DNA of 64,000 bases from Podarcis liolepis (GCA_965112155.1 OZ218104.1), one strand, 5' to 3'. Shown: positions 38,101-53,500, counted from the first letter of the stretch. Numbers and translations are program-made. Notes: generated from the sequence alone by a model not told the origin.

Positions 38101-41100
38101 ACAAATAAATTCAACAGTATTACAATCCAAAAAAGACAAAAGTAACTAAAGTAAGAAACAGCAGTTTAGCACGACAGTAAAAAGGCGTTTGTTTTTTGGG
38201 GGGTGGCGTGGGAAACAGTGCAAAGGATAAGCAGATTAATACAGCACTCACACACACACATAAGAGCCCAAATTAATTGACCTGGATGAAGAAAACTACT
38301 TGAAGATTGTTAACTATTCTTGCAAGGTGGACAGCGAAGAGGAAGACAGTGCAGTCTGGCACATGGAAAGTGGAGGCATTGATCCTTAAGCTCCATGGGG
38401 GGAGGGGGTGGACCTGGAGGACCTCCCCTGATGACTTGGAAGAGTGGGCAGCCAGTCCCTGATAATGAAAAAGCCCTTCCAGCCCTTTGAGCTGGGCCTG
38501 GAAACCCAGGGGAGGTGGCGCTGTTTCAGTGCTTTTGACCTGTGTTCCAAATGCCACAGTCCCCCAGCACTGTGGTTGGCTGTTCACTTGTGTGTGTGCG
38601 CTCTCTCTCTCTCTCTCTATCCTCATTTGTCTTTCCCCTCCCCTCTATTACCTTCACCCCTCTGTATAGCGGCTTTGTTGCTATGTATGTTGATTAATGC
38701 TAACATTCATCAAGTTTCACCCATCTGGGCTGAAAAGGGTGCCTGTGCTCTGAGATGTCCCCATTCATAAAACCTCACTTGCCCTAAGACAAAATCAGAA
38801 GCAGTCCTCGGCAAAGGCAAGGACTCCCACTATTCACAAATAGCAGAAATTAGGCACACTGCGCAACTATAATGTACATCCCTTAAAAGCTTTGGGATTG
38901 ATTTGCGTGGAAATATAGATTCCCTGTTAAAACTTTAGCCATTGTTTCCTTTCCCATTGACACAAACTCTATTGAAGACCAGCCTGATGAATTGCTATGG
39001 CTTGCTCCACATGGGCTGCCCTGCAGTCTGTCCCAACGACAGAAGGGCGCAGGCACAGCATTTCAAAAGCAGAGGAATGGGATGGGATGAAGGAGACTGG
39101 CCAGCAATAGGGAAGAGCAGGAAATGGAGATGGAGTCTAGGTCTCACCCTCAAACTTCTTCTAAGCTCTTACCTGGCTCAGTTCTACTCTGCAGGCATGA
39201 GGACTCAAGGCAGGGACACAGCAAAACATTTTTGATTCCCAAACTGCCTCCTTGTTGGTGTCACAACTGTTGCTTCTCTTCTCACCTCCCACCCTCCTTC
39301 TGCATCCGTCTGGAGGTGTATAATTATCAACACAAATGCTTCCGTTCGCTCTTCCCACCCACCAGCCGTTACTACAAGCAGAAGCTGCACAGAAGTCTTC
39401 AGGCTCCAGCTGTAGCTGGAACCACACTGCGGCCCTCCTCTGTGGCAAACACATTCCCCTCAAATACTGGTGCCGATTCTGCCAGGGAATCACTTGCCTT
39501 CGCCTGTCTAAAGCTGCCCCGTGCCACTTTGCACCAGGAGGAAAAAATATCCAGAGGCTGCTCAGAGCGTGTGAGATCTTTGCCAGAGACAGGAGCACTT
39601 ACCAGAGGAGCCAACTTGGGAAGGTTTAGTTGGAGCAGGAATGTGCAGTTCCAGTTGCCCAGGTCGTAAACTGGGGCCGTCAGGTGCCCCTTGTCCTTCT
39701 GTCTGACCTGCTGGAGAGGATGCAATCTCGGCCAAGACTTCAAGGTCCTTGAGGATAACCTGGAATCAAGGAATAAAAGGAGATCAAGGGGTGGCTGACA
39801 AGGCAGGCAGAGAAGACAAGGACTCCCTGTGCTCTTTTCCAGTGCACTTTCCCCAGCTCCACAATATCCATTTTTGAGATACGGTAACCAGAACTGAAAC
39901 CAGTATTCCAAATGCAGAGGCTCTAAAGGTTTGTACAAGGCCACTTTAATATTGGCAGTTTTATTTTCAGTTCCTTTCTTAACGATCCTGAATATGGAAT
40001 ACTCCATTGCAAACTAATGTTTTATCAGTCATAGCTATAGTGTACGCTATTGAAATGCATGGATTTAAAATAATGGGAAAGTGTTTAAATCAAATGAATG
40101 GAGCTTAAGCCAAATACAGGATTTGAGGTAGGAGTGTGGAAGCCAAGCGATACCCAGCTGTTATTAACCTGCAATAGGTACACCCCAAACACAACAACGG
40201 CTTCTAGTAAAACTAGCCCATGGCAACCACAAAGGTCAAACAGGCAAGCAGGCAGGCATGGTGTCTTTTGAACAGGTTCTGCCTTGCCCTTATGATCTGA
40301 CATTCAATCCCTGATTGATCTTCTGATTTCTATGAGACTTATGAACTCACTTCCATCCCTGCACTTGAAAGAATATGGACAAGCTTGATGGTGCAGCTCC
40401 CACATCTCCTGCCCTGCATCCCATAATTTCTAGATATCCAAACTGTGCAGTATAATACTTCCATGCTGCATGTCTATCCACACACACACACAAATGTCCC
40501 TTACCGGCCACCATTTATGATGGTGGGGAAACTTGCGACGCAATGATGGAAGGTCTCACTTTCCTCTTAAGTGCCTTGGGCAAGGGAAGGTGGTGTAGGG
40601 ATGTCACTCAGAGCATAAGCAGGACATCCCAGCAAATCTAGTTCTGAACTAAGAGCAAATTCAAACATCCAAAGGGAAATTTCTTCACTGGCTCCATGAT
40701 GAGGACTCAGTGCAGAGGGTCCTCTGCATGGGCATTTTAGAGGTTGTCGTGGGCATGGCAAGTCACTGTTGCCATTGTCAGCAGGAATTGAGGCTTTCGG
40801 GAGGATAAGGACCTGTTTTCATCACCCTTATCCTCATCAGGAATGCTTTTCCAAGAGATGATTACCTGTCAAGCCAACACCCCCAGTCAATGGGATCAGG
40901 TAAGGTGAGAATGCAAAAATGAAGAAAGAAAAAGGAAATATATTTATTACCCCTCCATTTTTCCTCCAAGGAGCTCAGGGTAGCCTCCATAGTTCTCACC
41001 ACTAATTTTATCTTCACAACCACCCTGAGCAGTAGGCTGGCCCGAGAGCTATAGTGACTGACCCCAAGGCCAGTTTCACGGCTGACTGAGAATTTGAACC

Positions 41101-43647
41101 TGGATCTTCTCAGTCCTAATCCCACACTCTAACCCAGCCTCTGCCAACTTGGGTGCCTCCCAGGTGTTTTGGACAACAACTCCTATTAGCCCCATGGCTG
41201 TGCTGTCTGGGGCTGATGGGAGTTGTAGGAAAAAAATCTGGAGGGCCCCTGGCTGGGAAGACCGCCCTTGCCCCTACTATGATGCTGCCTGATACATGAA
41301 GCATCAGGCCCACAGTGTTGTCTGCTCTGACTGGCAACAGGATTTTCACGGTCTTGGGCAAAGATGCCCCCAAGTGCCAGAGGCTGGGCCTGGGGCCTTT
41401 CACCAGCTTCAGCCCCTGCCCAAGGTCCACTAAAGAAAAAAAAAAGCACCAAACCAGTCATGTGTACAGCACCAAGCTTGCCATCTGTCCTGCATTGTGC
41501 CATGTTGCATGTTTTAGCATGTCGCTCAACCACCTGTCAAGCTGCCACAAGTATCATGAACTTGCTTCGCGGCCGTGGCATCACCACCACTGCACCGGTA
41601 GCACAATCTGCCCACAGGAGCCCAGGAAGGCATTGTGCTCCACTGCCAAAACAGAGGCAGCACACATGGTTTTATTCTGGTGACTCAGTATAGGCTCTCA
41701 CTTTTGCAATGTGTCCACTCTAACCCACCTTCCCTAATCACACCACACATTTGAAGCACTTTAATACCACTTTGAACAGTCATTACTTCCCCCAAAGAAC
41801 TCTGGGAGTTGCAGTTTGTTAAAGGTGCTGAGAGTTGTTAGGGGAGCATCGTTAGAGCTATAAAATCCTCCAAGTGGTTTAACAGTCAATCCCTCTTCAA
41901 AGGGAACTTGGGACATGGTAGCTCTGTGAGAGGAATAACTCTCCGCAACTCTCTGCACCCATAGCCAACGGCAGTTCCCAGAATTACTTGGGGGAAGTCA
42001 CTATTTGCAGTGCTTTAAATGTATGGTGTGAAGGCGACCTCAGTGGGTGAGCTCTGCTTCTTGCCCAGGGTCTCCTCACCTGATCCTTCCCCTGGGTTGG
42101 GACAAGTGAGGCTCAGTTATTCCGCCACACAGCCTGGCCTTGGAAGAGGAAGAGCGTTTGGTATATGGTAGCCCCTGATCATGAACTTTGAGCACTCTCT
42201 GCAAGCAAGGAAGGAAGGAAGGCTCCACAGGAGCAGCGTGAAGTTTTCTGCTCTGGCCAAGGCCCAGCACCTACATGAAGGCAAGAGGCTCCCCCTACTA
42301 CCTCTCCTCAGCAATGGCCAGTGTCCCATCACACCCTACTGCTGAACCTATATAGACAATGTGGAACCACCTGGGAATGGCACTGAGCAGCAAGCAGCTG
42401 CAGCACCAGGAGGCTGTCAGGGGAAAGCACCACATCTTGGCCACTGCTGCCCTGGAAGAGGAATGAGCAAACGAGTTTGCGCATATCCATTTTTGATGTG
42501 CACTGCCTTGCCTTGTGAAGTTAGCTGGACCCCCCTGGACCCTATTCAGCCTGGCGGTTTCCACATGCAAGGCTGCCTTTGAATGAACTGAAATGGTGCA
42601 TCCTACCAAGAGGAGCTCAACCAGGATGGCGGGGAGGGGGAGGGAGAGTGTTTTGCATGCGCGATGCATCTTTCCACTAAGCAAGCCTCCAGCAGGCAGC
42701 TTCTCTCTCTCTCTCTCTCTCTCTCTCCCTCTCTTTTGTGCGAGCGAAAGAATGAAACTGGAAGGGTGTAAGAAAAGCAATATCCTGCAGGAACACAAAT
42801 GCCTAACGTTGCCACGGCAACAGGCCAGGTGCCAGAAAGGCGCATCAGCTGGGTCCCATCATCTGAGAGCAGCAGAAGCAGAAGCAGCCGAGGCAGCAGC
42901 TCTTTAAACTCCCATTATTGGACATGAAAGGGCTGAGGCCACAGAGGCCCTTCCCCTCCCCCACGGACAAGGCAGAGCGTGGGGGGGGGGCTTCCTGGTG
43001 GGGGAAGGGGTGCAGCCCAGAAGCACAGCCACCCGCCCCCAGCATTAAGAGCCACCAGATCAGCTGGCAGAGATTATTTTTAAAAATGGGAAGGTGAGAT
43101 TACTTTTTTAGGATTTAGGCTCAAAGAAAGAAAAGCCCTAGATAAAACCGGCAGCGAGAGATGCTCCTATTCTCTGAAGGTGGGGGGAAATAATAGCATG
43201 CATCCGTGCACATATTAATCTGGTTTGCACAGGTCGCTGCAGCTTTTGCCCAAGTTCTACGTAATCTGGAAATCTGTTTTTATTTCTTCTCAGATACTGG
43301 ATCTGGTCAGATGTGCCTTATGGAAAAGATGAGAGCAGAGACACGCCAAAGGGGGAGGGTGGAAGGAGCAACAGCCTTATTGGGAATGGCAAAGAATGCA
43401 TGTGTATCACAGTATAAAGCTGAGCTTTTTTGACATGTTTTCATGTATTTGTCCATAACCACAACGATTAGGAAACAGCACTGCTAGGAGGTTTTGGGAT
43501 TTTGCATCTAATATGTTTACTACCACTGCGGAATGGCTGAGAGTGACAGAAAGTGGAAAAAACACAGCTCAGCCTTCCACATGACACTAGCTTTGCTGAG
43601 TGGAGAGCAAAAGCATTTCAAGGAGGCGTTTTCTAGTAATGAAAATC

Positions 43648-43685
<38 letters not shown>

Positions 43686-44481
43686 ACTGCCTTCCCCCAA
43701 TGCATGTCTATGAGACTTCCTCTGCTAACCAGATCTAGGTCAAGTTAATGTGCCTCATGTTCCAGTTGAACCAATCTGATGTTCGCTCCACTGGCTCATG
43801 TGCAAGCTGCCCCAGTCTTGCTGAAGAGGCAGTGCATGAAAGCACACAACACACACTCCTCCTCCCAAGACTCGAATACTCAAGAGTGCCAGGCCTCAGC
43901 ACCTCGGGAGTGCATCCTGCTGCCTCTTTAAGGATGGTAACACAAAATGCCACCAAGGCTGGAAAGTGGTCTGTGGGGAATTGCATATCTGTCCCAGGAT
44001 CACCAGTGCAGGAACTGGTGCCGCGTGTTGGAATCGGCTCCCTGAAAACCTCTCATACCCACTGCTGCAAAAGGGGGCAATGTTGGGTCTGGGCTTTGAG
44101 CCAGAATTCCTGTAGCCTCCAGGGCTTCAGCACCCTGTGCCTGCCCCGGTCCTTCCGCACCCCTAGCATCAGAGCTACACGATACAGGTGCATTACGAGC
44201 ATTGCGTAAATGGGTCACTTCTTTCCATAAAATGAAGGCAGCTTTGCAGTACGTGCACATAGCTTATGCGGGGGCAGTGGGAATGCCATTATTCAGGAGA
44301 TAACTTTGCCACAACGTCGAAAAGAGAACCTCACGGCTTGATATTAGCCTCCTGAGATCCCAGGAACACCATTTCACACAGAATCTACACACAGCAATTA
44401 TTTAGCACTATTCATTGGTGCTCTTGCATCCTCTTGCAACCTACTTTTGTGCAAAGCTATCCTCTGCTGCTCACCAACAAA

Positions 44482-44544
<63 letters not shown>

Positions 44545-47500
44545 GTCCAAAAGTCAGCATCCTGAGCAGAAACATCTGCCTGACACTGCTGTCACATCCC
44601 ATCCACTCGTCCCACCACCACCACTGGTGGGCAGGTTTCTGGTTACCAAAGGAGTCACCCTGAGCTCTCTGCCTTGCTTCCCTCGCCTGTCTGCTGCCTT
44701 CTGAAGAGGCGCACGGTCAAGGGAGCAGAGCTGGCAAAGATAACTGGAGCTAAAGGAAATGAAGCTGGCCTCTGGCAGACCTCCAGTGCTCAGGCAGACG
44801 TGACACATTCGACAGCAACTGAGAAGCATCTTCCCTTCACGAAAAAGGAGCTGCTGCTGCTGCTGCTTCCCCCTCACTTCCTACCATCCGCAGAGGGCAG
44901 TATCTCAAAGGATAGAGGCCTCCTTATACTTGGGATAGGCAGGGTGATGATGCAACTTGTGAGTTAGCCCCAACCACAGAAAAGCCAGTGAGGGGAGCTC
45001 CAGATCCTCCTCCAGAAAGAACAGGAAAAGGTGGTGCTGCTGCTGCCCCAATCCGATGCCACGTGGCTCAGTTCCCCAACTACTAGCATGTCTATTTGTT
45101 TAAGTATTTATAGGCACATAAAAACATGGCAATAAAATCAACAGAAACATCAACAGAATCAATAAATACCGGCTAGAGAAAAAAAGAATTCAAGTTTCAA
45201 AAGCCTGTCTAAATAACACAGTTTTCAGAAGATGACTACAAGAGGGCAGGGATTGTTTTTGCCGAGCCCTCTATTGGCAGTGAGTTCCACAAGCCAGCCA
45301 AGCCCACCAGAAACACCCCATTACAGGATCTCAGTGATGGAGGTGGAGAGCAACAGACCAGGCAAGTCCTTGAGTTACTTTTGGTCCAGGTTGTTTACGG
45401 CTAACACAAGAACCCTGAATTGGCAACCAGTGCAGCTCTCTCAGGGCCGAGTAACATGCTGCCAGTAAATCTGCTCCTGTGAGCAGCTTTGCCGCCTCAT
45501 TCTGGGCAACCCAGCCGGATGGGAGAGTAGAAATAATAAAATTATTATTATTATTCTGCACTAGTTGCAGCTTCCAGAGCAGCTACAAGGCAGCCCCACA
45601 CAATGTGTGTTACAGCGATCAAGTCCCGAGGTTAGCAATGCATGGGCCAATGTGGCGAGGCCATCCTGGCCACAGAAGTCACCTGGGCATCTAGGTGACA
45701 AACACAGACCGAAGAATGTCCTCCAGCTTAATGTTCAGATCAGCTGCCCCTGGGCTGATGGATGAACCAGTGGAACACAACCTGCCAAGTGCAAATAGTA
45801 CCGTGCTACCAGAAGCTCTTCCGCACAGGTTTCTGAATGGCAGGGGACCAGGCAACAGAAAATGAAGAGGCTGCTGCAGACTCTGAGGCCCCCTAGTGGC
45901 CAGTGCCTGACAGAACACTTGATGCTTCCAACTGTAGGGAAATCTAAGACCCCAAGCTGCTCAGCCCCACTGGGAGGTGGGAGGGCTGAAGGGGCCCCAT
46001 CCATCTCATAGGAAGGCGGCCTGGGCCCTGAACGCAACTCCCCTTCTGCAAGGGCAGGCAGCAAGCTCTCTCTCTCTCTCTGTTACCTCAAAGGGCTCCT
46101 CTACTTAATTTTCTTTTTGTACAACCATCAGAGAAAGAAGAAACCCGGTCAAGAACAAGATCTCCCCTATTTGGCAGACCCCCCCCCCAAAAAAAAAGAG
46201 TGCAATGTGAAGACTAAGCTTGAGCCCTCTTCCCCATTTCCAAGAGAAACCAATCAATCTTCCAGTGACAACTTAACTAGCCCCCTTTTCAGTGGGGGAA
46301 AGGGATGGCGAACTTTGCCCCTTGGTCTCTGAACCAGAAAATTTCACAGTCCCCATCCGGCTTCTGTTCAATCTGGAACTGACATTGCCCGAAAGCAGGA
46401 AAGTCCCTCCCTTCTCCCCACACTTATTTAAGCTATTGTGGCTTAACACAAATGCTGGCAAGGCCCCAAAGCAGCAGCAGCAGCAGCCATCATTAGAAGC
46501 CACAATCCACTGGGGAATTTATCCCATGCAAGCCCCACTGAAACAAAATGGGATATGCCCAGATGTGCCAACACCATTCTCAATGAGCCATCCACCACAA
46601 CCCCAAGATCTTCCCGATTAGTCCCCTCCAGTTCAGACCACATAGGAGAGGTTAGGAATTTTGATGACCCAACGTGCACCTTTTATTCATTCGATATTTT
46701 CTAAAGTCCAATTCATAACCTCTGACTACCCGAATGTTTTCCCTGAGTCTAGAGTGTACACAAACTAAAAGGAGGGGTGGCAGAGGAGCTTGCCTCTCCC
46801 ATGGCACCAGCTCGCACATCTGAATAAGTTGCCTGCCTCACCCCAGGGCTGCCCAGTCCCTAAAAGTGCTCTCCCACACCCACATTGTCCCTGGAGGCTG
46901 CCACATTCGCCTGCAAATCCGCTGGCCTGCAAATGAAACAGTGACTCCAGGACTACAGCGAGAACAAGGGGAAGGAAGCACATCCGAGGTCACGTCAAGC
47001 TCACCCTCCTTGTTCTTTGTAACACACCAAAGTCCCAAATTTCAGCCTTGGCAAGCTGGGAGCTGGGAAACCGGGGGAACTGCGGGCCGAAATCCAACCA
47101 AGCACAAATAAAAGCATAAACGGATAAAGGCAGCCATTCACTTTGGCACAAGCTTTTGTTAAGCTTCATTGTACTTGGGATCTGCATCACATGGAGAAAA
47201 GCCCCATGGGACTCAGTGTGAAAAAGCCCATTCCACAGGAAAGGCTGGGGCAAGAGGGCTTGCAGCTCTGGGCGATAACGGAGCGAGGAAGGGGAGTGCA
47301 GGAAAGCCCTGCAGCAGAGGGGGACACAGGAATGTGGGGGAGAGCATGAAGATCTTCAGAAGCATTTGCAATTTGTCTCCCCACCATCCTAAATGGTTTC
47401 AGGACAACCACATGGATGTCTCTGTACCCTGAGCAAATGCCAGTCTCTTCCCTGCCAAACGTCTCAGTGAGCGCCCCCCCCCAAACAAGCACCTCTCCTT

Positions 47501-50500
47501 CCTTCCTTCCTTTCACTCACCCAGTGGCACCAGGGCCATGGGCTGGCTGTTCCCATGGGATCCTACATTGTGGGCAAGGAGCTTAGCCTCACAGTGGTCT
47601 CAAGGATGCTCCCAGGCAATCTTGACTCTGAAATCTCTGGCTTGCTGGGCAAGTAAGACACAGTGTGCCCTTGCATCAACCAACCAACCAACCGGTGGGA
47701 CTCTTGCCAGTCAAGGATCATAGTGCTGATCCTGGGAAATGGTAAAGGCCTTCTTTTCTTCCCAACCTCTAATCTGATCAATCCACCCAAGGTACATCTT
47801 GATCTGGCTTACTCAGAGCCCTATTGGAGAACACCTCATGCCCAAGGCACTGCAACTCCCTGACAAACACATCCTAGGTACCCGAACCACCCATTAGTAT
47901 CCATCAAAGTTTGGATCCTCCATGCAAAACATGTACCTCCATACCTCCAGTATGCAGCTGGAACCCCTTCTTGAGCATCATGCATTTTGGCTCTCAACAC
48001 GCCCAGTGGGAAAGCTCAGATCCAACTAGCACTCCAGTTCCCCTTTGTGGCAGGGGGAAACCCTTCCTGGAGTAGCCAGAAAAAGAATTCTACTTCTAAA
48101 TGTTAGTGGTCTATTCAAGCCCATTCAATTCAATTCAAGCCCATTCCATCTTTGTCTGATCAAGGCTGGCTTTTGGGCAACCTCAGTTGTTCCACTCCTT
48201 TTTAGCGTTGCCCCCCTTTCTCCTTGCTTTCCTCCCTCCTGTCTTTTTAAATCTGCTTAGGGAGGGCTCCAGGAGAGGCACAAAACACACAGACACCTTT
48301 CACAGCAATACAGATGCAATACAGAGCTCAAGAAAACTTACAGGGGTTCAGCCTACCACCAGTCTCACAAACTACCTTTTTTCTGGTTGTTTGTTGGCAG
48401 CAATACATATTACCGATGAAGAGCCAAATGTTCAGGCAGCTTAAGTAACTCCAGGGGTCCAAGTGCCAAGACAATCTCCTGATTAACTGCAACCCACCTA
48501 CCTAGCCGAAGAAGAATCGCTCCCCATCTGGGAATAGGTTATATCTGAGCTTCAGTTTTTCTCTCACACAGGTACTGATGCTGCTTTGCAGAGATGCGTG
48601 TTTGCATCCTTCTTCCCCCTCCAAGGCAATTCAACTCCACACCTGTCTACCTGGCTCCAGCAAATCTTTACTGTCCATATTTGCTATTAGATCCCTCACA
48701 TTTGTACTGTGTCCTAGATTTAACTTCCAGGCTGCCAGTCCAAACCAAATACTATGTAAATAATAACGGCCTCTATTTGTAATAAACAGCGTATTTCCAA
48801 ACTTTGATCTGCTATCTGGTTGCTCATTCCTTTCAGTGTAATTTGGATCATGGTATGTGACTCCAAGATGCATGTACTTCCCAACTTGAGGACAAGGACA
48901 CATGGCACTAACTTCTAACAAAGGATGCCCTGGACCACAATGATCGCTTACTAAGGACCTGCGTGCAGGGCCTCAGCAGCGAAGTGTATCCAACTTCATA
49001 TATCTTCAGTATGCCAACAATATCCCAGCCTCTTTGCAACAAAGAAAGTAGCAGAGAAGTCAAAGCCAGATGATAGAAAGGGTCTCATCCTGGCGCAAGA
49101 TCCACCAAGTGGGAATACTTCAGCAGGCAGCTCCCTTCTTGTGAAAGTGAAGCTGAACTTGCCATGGATTTTTATTCTAGGCGATCGCAGGAGGACATTC
49201 CTGAGAACCATCCCCTCCGAGTCATGAGGCAGAATCAAATTAGAAGCTTCACCAGAGACAGCAGCCTCTCAGCTTCCAGGCAAATGCGACTAGTACAATT
49301 GCTTCCATTATTCAACAGCTCAAACTGCCATGGCCTCCAAGGGAAGCACCATCTGAAGTTTCACGCTGAGAATATGCGACTGAGGAAGGGAAACTCTGAA
49401 AGCCACTTCTTTCAATCACCTCTTAACATGTGGGTGGTTTGACAGTGCTTCACTCTGTTTACAACCTAACCCGCTAAATAGAGCTGCCCAAGAGCATCAG
49501 TGCTCAGGAGACAATGAATTTGATGAACTTTTCACCTGTCGTCTGAGTAACCTACTAGCCACTTTTACTCTCTCAGTACACAGGTTGTTGTTGTTTTAAA
49601 AAACACAAATAAAATAAATGGAGGTAAATGTTTCCAGTGCAGGATTTATGCTCACCTCATCAGACTCATCAGATAATGTCTTTAACAAGATGGGAAACAG
49701 GCTGTCTGTATGCCGGAACATCTGAAAGGCAAAAGAAGTCCAAAACAGTCACAGAAGTCACTGTGTCTGGTGCTCTGCCAGAGGCTGCCACCACAACAGC
49801 AAAGGCTGCCTCCAGGTTTAAGAGCGTCCCAGTCCTTGTGCTGGAAAGATGCCCTCCTTTCCCGCAAGCTTACCAAACAAACTCTGCAGCTGAGGCCAGA
49901 GTCACCAACTAGAGGAAGGGCTTCTTCCTTTGAAAAGTATTCTATTGCTTTTTGATATATTGAACTAGTTTGCACGTAACACTCAGCAAAACTGTGTTTT
50001 AACATGAACACGCAGAGAGGAGACAAACCATGCAGCCAAGGTTTTTCTTGATTTACAGCTCATGGTTTGTCTGCAGTGAGACAGGTCCCAGGTTCAGAGC
50101 ACTTTCCATGCCAAACCACAGCTTAGGTCAGGGCAGCGCAGCAGCATGGAGGGAGAGAAAAGCAGCTGCGATCTCCTCTCGGGAAGCCTGTGTGTTCACA
50201 CTGAAGCATGGCTTGGCTTAGCATTACATGCAAACTGAGCCAGAGCACTCATAACCGTAGCACTTTCAGCAGACTCTATGTAAAGAAAGAAACAATTTAG
50301 GCTTCCATCCATTACAAGCAGCTTTATTACCAAGCCAATCAGCACCAAAAGGGGGGGGGGGCAGAAAAGCTGGAGGAGAAAAGGAAGAAAACTTCTGCAA
50401 TTGAATGTTTCAAGCTCCCAAATTTCTCTGACTCAACAACTGTGCCTCACTTAATAAAAAAAATTAGTTCCTTCTGGGCTGAAAAAGCACATGTATCCTG

Positions 50501-53500
50501 AGTGCAATGCTGTACAGTGGTACCTCAGTTTTCGAACAGCTTAGTCCCCAAACAACTTGGAACTTGAACGCTGCAAACCCAGAAGTCAGTGTTCCGGTTT
50601 GCGAACTTTGCTTTAGTAGCCGAATGTGGTCCTGAGCTTCCATTTTCACTGTTGCACTGCTAATTTGCACACCCCCCATTGTAATCAAAGCCTTCCATTT
50701 TCGATTGCAGTGTTCTGAGGTGATATTTGGAGCTTATATTTGGTGCTTTTGTTTTTGCTATTTTTTGCGTTTTTGTTTGTGTGGCTTTTTCGTTTTTGTG
50801 ACTGTGGCTTGTTCTTCGTTTTAAGATGGATTGATTGTATGACTGCAGAAATGGATAAAAGCCCCCATCCAAACAATGACTATCATCAGTGCAGGTACGA
50901 AAAAAAATTAATTTTAATTTTTATCATCTACAATACTGTCTTATTTATTTTATTTTATTGTACAGTACATTGATTATTTCTTTCATCTTAAGGATCAATG
51001 GTCTCATTAGATAAAAAAATTCATGTTAAATTACTGTTTTAGGGGTTGTTTTTAAAAGTCTGGAACAGATGAATCCATTTTGCATTACTTTCTATGGGAA
51101 AGCATGCCTCGGTTTTGGAACGCTTTGGTTTTGGAACAGACTTCTGGAACAGATTCAGTTTGAGAACCAAGGTACCACTATATTCTTAAGAGGCAAGCTT
51201 GCTTTCCAAAGCTTTAAGAATAGCATCTTAGCTGCTCTTCAAGGAAGAGTCAGGAGGAAAAGAAACTCTAATGTGGGCCAATGGCCATGCTGCAGGCCTG
51301 ATCTGATCAATGAGCAGACTTGCCTTGCGAGGCGTCTTGATGTACAAGTGATACAGCCACTTCAGGACTGCTATCCGTGTCATCATCCCAATGGTTGAAT
51401 CGTGAAGGTGACAGTCCAATACTTGGACAATTCCATCGAGGTTCAGGGTCACCTGGATTCTCTCAGTGCTAAAGGTAAAAAGAGACAGAAGTTAAGATCA
51501 GGCAGGAACATGGTTTCATTCATTCACTCAATGAATTCCTATACCGCCCTTCAACATAAATAACCTCAGGGCAACGTGTACCATTTGGTTTCCCTATTGT
51601 CAATGGCATTTGCTGAATGACTTCTTCTCAATACTTAGCTGCCTATATTGAGTCCATATAAAAACAGCACACAGAAAATCACAATGCAACAGGCTCCTTG
51701 GTTCATCATTTCACCTCAACAAACACTTCCCATATATACAGCTTTCACCTTGCAAAGAGACAAAGTTTATCTCATAAATCACTAAAATATTGCTCCTTTG
51801 CTTGCTTTCCTAAGCTGCCAGCTGAATGAAAGCAAAGTCATTCTCTATTCCAGTAATGCTGGCAGCTATTTTCCAGCAACTGTTCCCATCCTTTGTCTGT
51901 AGATTGAATACTTTTTTCCATTTTGCTTCCACCATTCCATTTTGTATGCTTAAGAACAAACCCTTAAAAATCTGTGGCAACTAAAGCAACTGCTGTTGAC
52001 TGAGTACCATCTCATGGATCTGTGTGGCTGCATGTCGCTGAAAAAAATTATTCTCTTTGGCTTTCGGAAGAAGGAAAGCAACATATTGACATTCCATCCC
52101 ATTATGAAAGATGCACACATAACCAAGAGGATGTAACTTATTTCCTCCCTGCTCCTGGTGTTGCCCTGCATGCTGCAAACCCCCTTCTGTGATTTGTCTT
52201 GTTACTAATAATAGCTTGTGCTTATTGATTTGGTCCCGGGGGCACGTGATGTAGCCACATTGCAAAAGCCACACAGGTTTGCGTCTTGTCAGTGCACGGA
52301 TGTGCAGACCACTTGGAAGCGCCATGTGCATAGTCTTGAGCTCCACAACGGAAGAACAGTGGGATGTCAATATATTACTCCAGTTCCAAGGAAGTACAAA
52401 GGCTCCTGCTACTCCCAAGGGCAGATCACGTCTCCCTTCCAAGCAGATTTGGAAGGAAGAGAAGAAAATAGGCAGCCTCACCGTTAGCAACCAATTCAGT
52501 TCCATACAGAGAATGGCTGGAAGGAATGCATGCTGCCCCTTTTAGGAGGTATTAGGAGGCATGCATGGAACAGAGAAAAAAGCAGGTTTATATTACATCT
52601 ATAAAATAATTTTAAAAATATTTTTAAAAAGTCACAGGGGATATTATGCAATCTCATTTCAATATTCCAGAAGACACAGGGAGCAAGCCCACCAGGTACT
52701 GCTGACTCTGCACCTTAATTTTACTGGGGGCTGCATGGGACCCACTGCCCTGCAACAGCGCTGCAGAAAAGCAGCTCTTGAGCTCGGCTCATTTCCTGGT
52801 CACAAAGCCTCCAGGATGAGAGGTGGAAGATGCTTCCAAGTGCCAGTCACTGGGCAACAAAAGGGACAGGAGGGAGACATGGCCTCCCATGTCCTGTTTG
52901 TGGGAAACACTTGGCTGCGAGTGCTCCAATTGAAGAACAGCCTTTACCAAAGGTGTCATGGGCTTTGAAAACACTCAAACTCAGGATGAAAGGGAGAAAC
53001 ATGCTAAGAGGAAGGCACACTTGGCATACCATCACCATGATCAACTCCTGCCCGGAAACCTATGTCCCCACTTTGGAAGGATGTATGGATGCAGAATTCA
53101 CCTCCACAGTCACTTATGGACTCATTGTCAAAACCGTGTTTATGGAAGACAATCTTACTTGGCTATGAGTGATCACCAAGGAAGAAGAAGAAGAAGCAGC
53201 TGCTGCTGCTTGTGGGGTCCTCACTGAGGTGTCTGATGGGCCGCTGTGGGAAAGAGGTGGCCTGGGTGGTTAGATCCAGCATCAGGCCTCCAGTGCTCTA
53301 AGGCACTTCTCTTTCTCCACCTCTTATGCAGCCCCTTATCTGTGAGTCCACAGCTAACTGTGTTGACTGCTTGCCTCCAAATCACCACATCCACTTTTGA
53401 CTCCTCATTTTCATTGCTCCTTCTCCAAGAATTTTTCCTTCCTCTTGGCCATTCTCACCATATTGATCAACTATCATTTGTTACTATTGCAGTTCAAAGT

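Larger units (their letters stand above)
49722..51323 (-). other. GC-AG intron 11
   Basis: AAG|GCAAGT donor; needed to join ...KTPRK to MFRHTD... in frame. Confidence 0.9.

Noticed and set aside
43648-43690. Poly-Ala/poly-Gln coding repeat
   Set aside because: It lies deep in intron 12 with no flanking splice signals or homology.
52958-53227. Possible small C2H2 zinc-finger gene
   Set aside because: The Cys ligands are degenerate and a (GAA)n tail follows; it is the 3' end of an RTE LINE.
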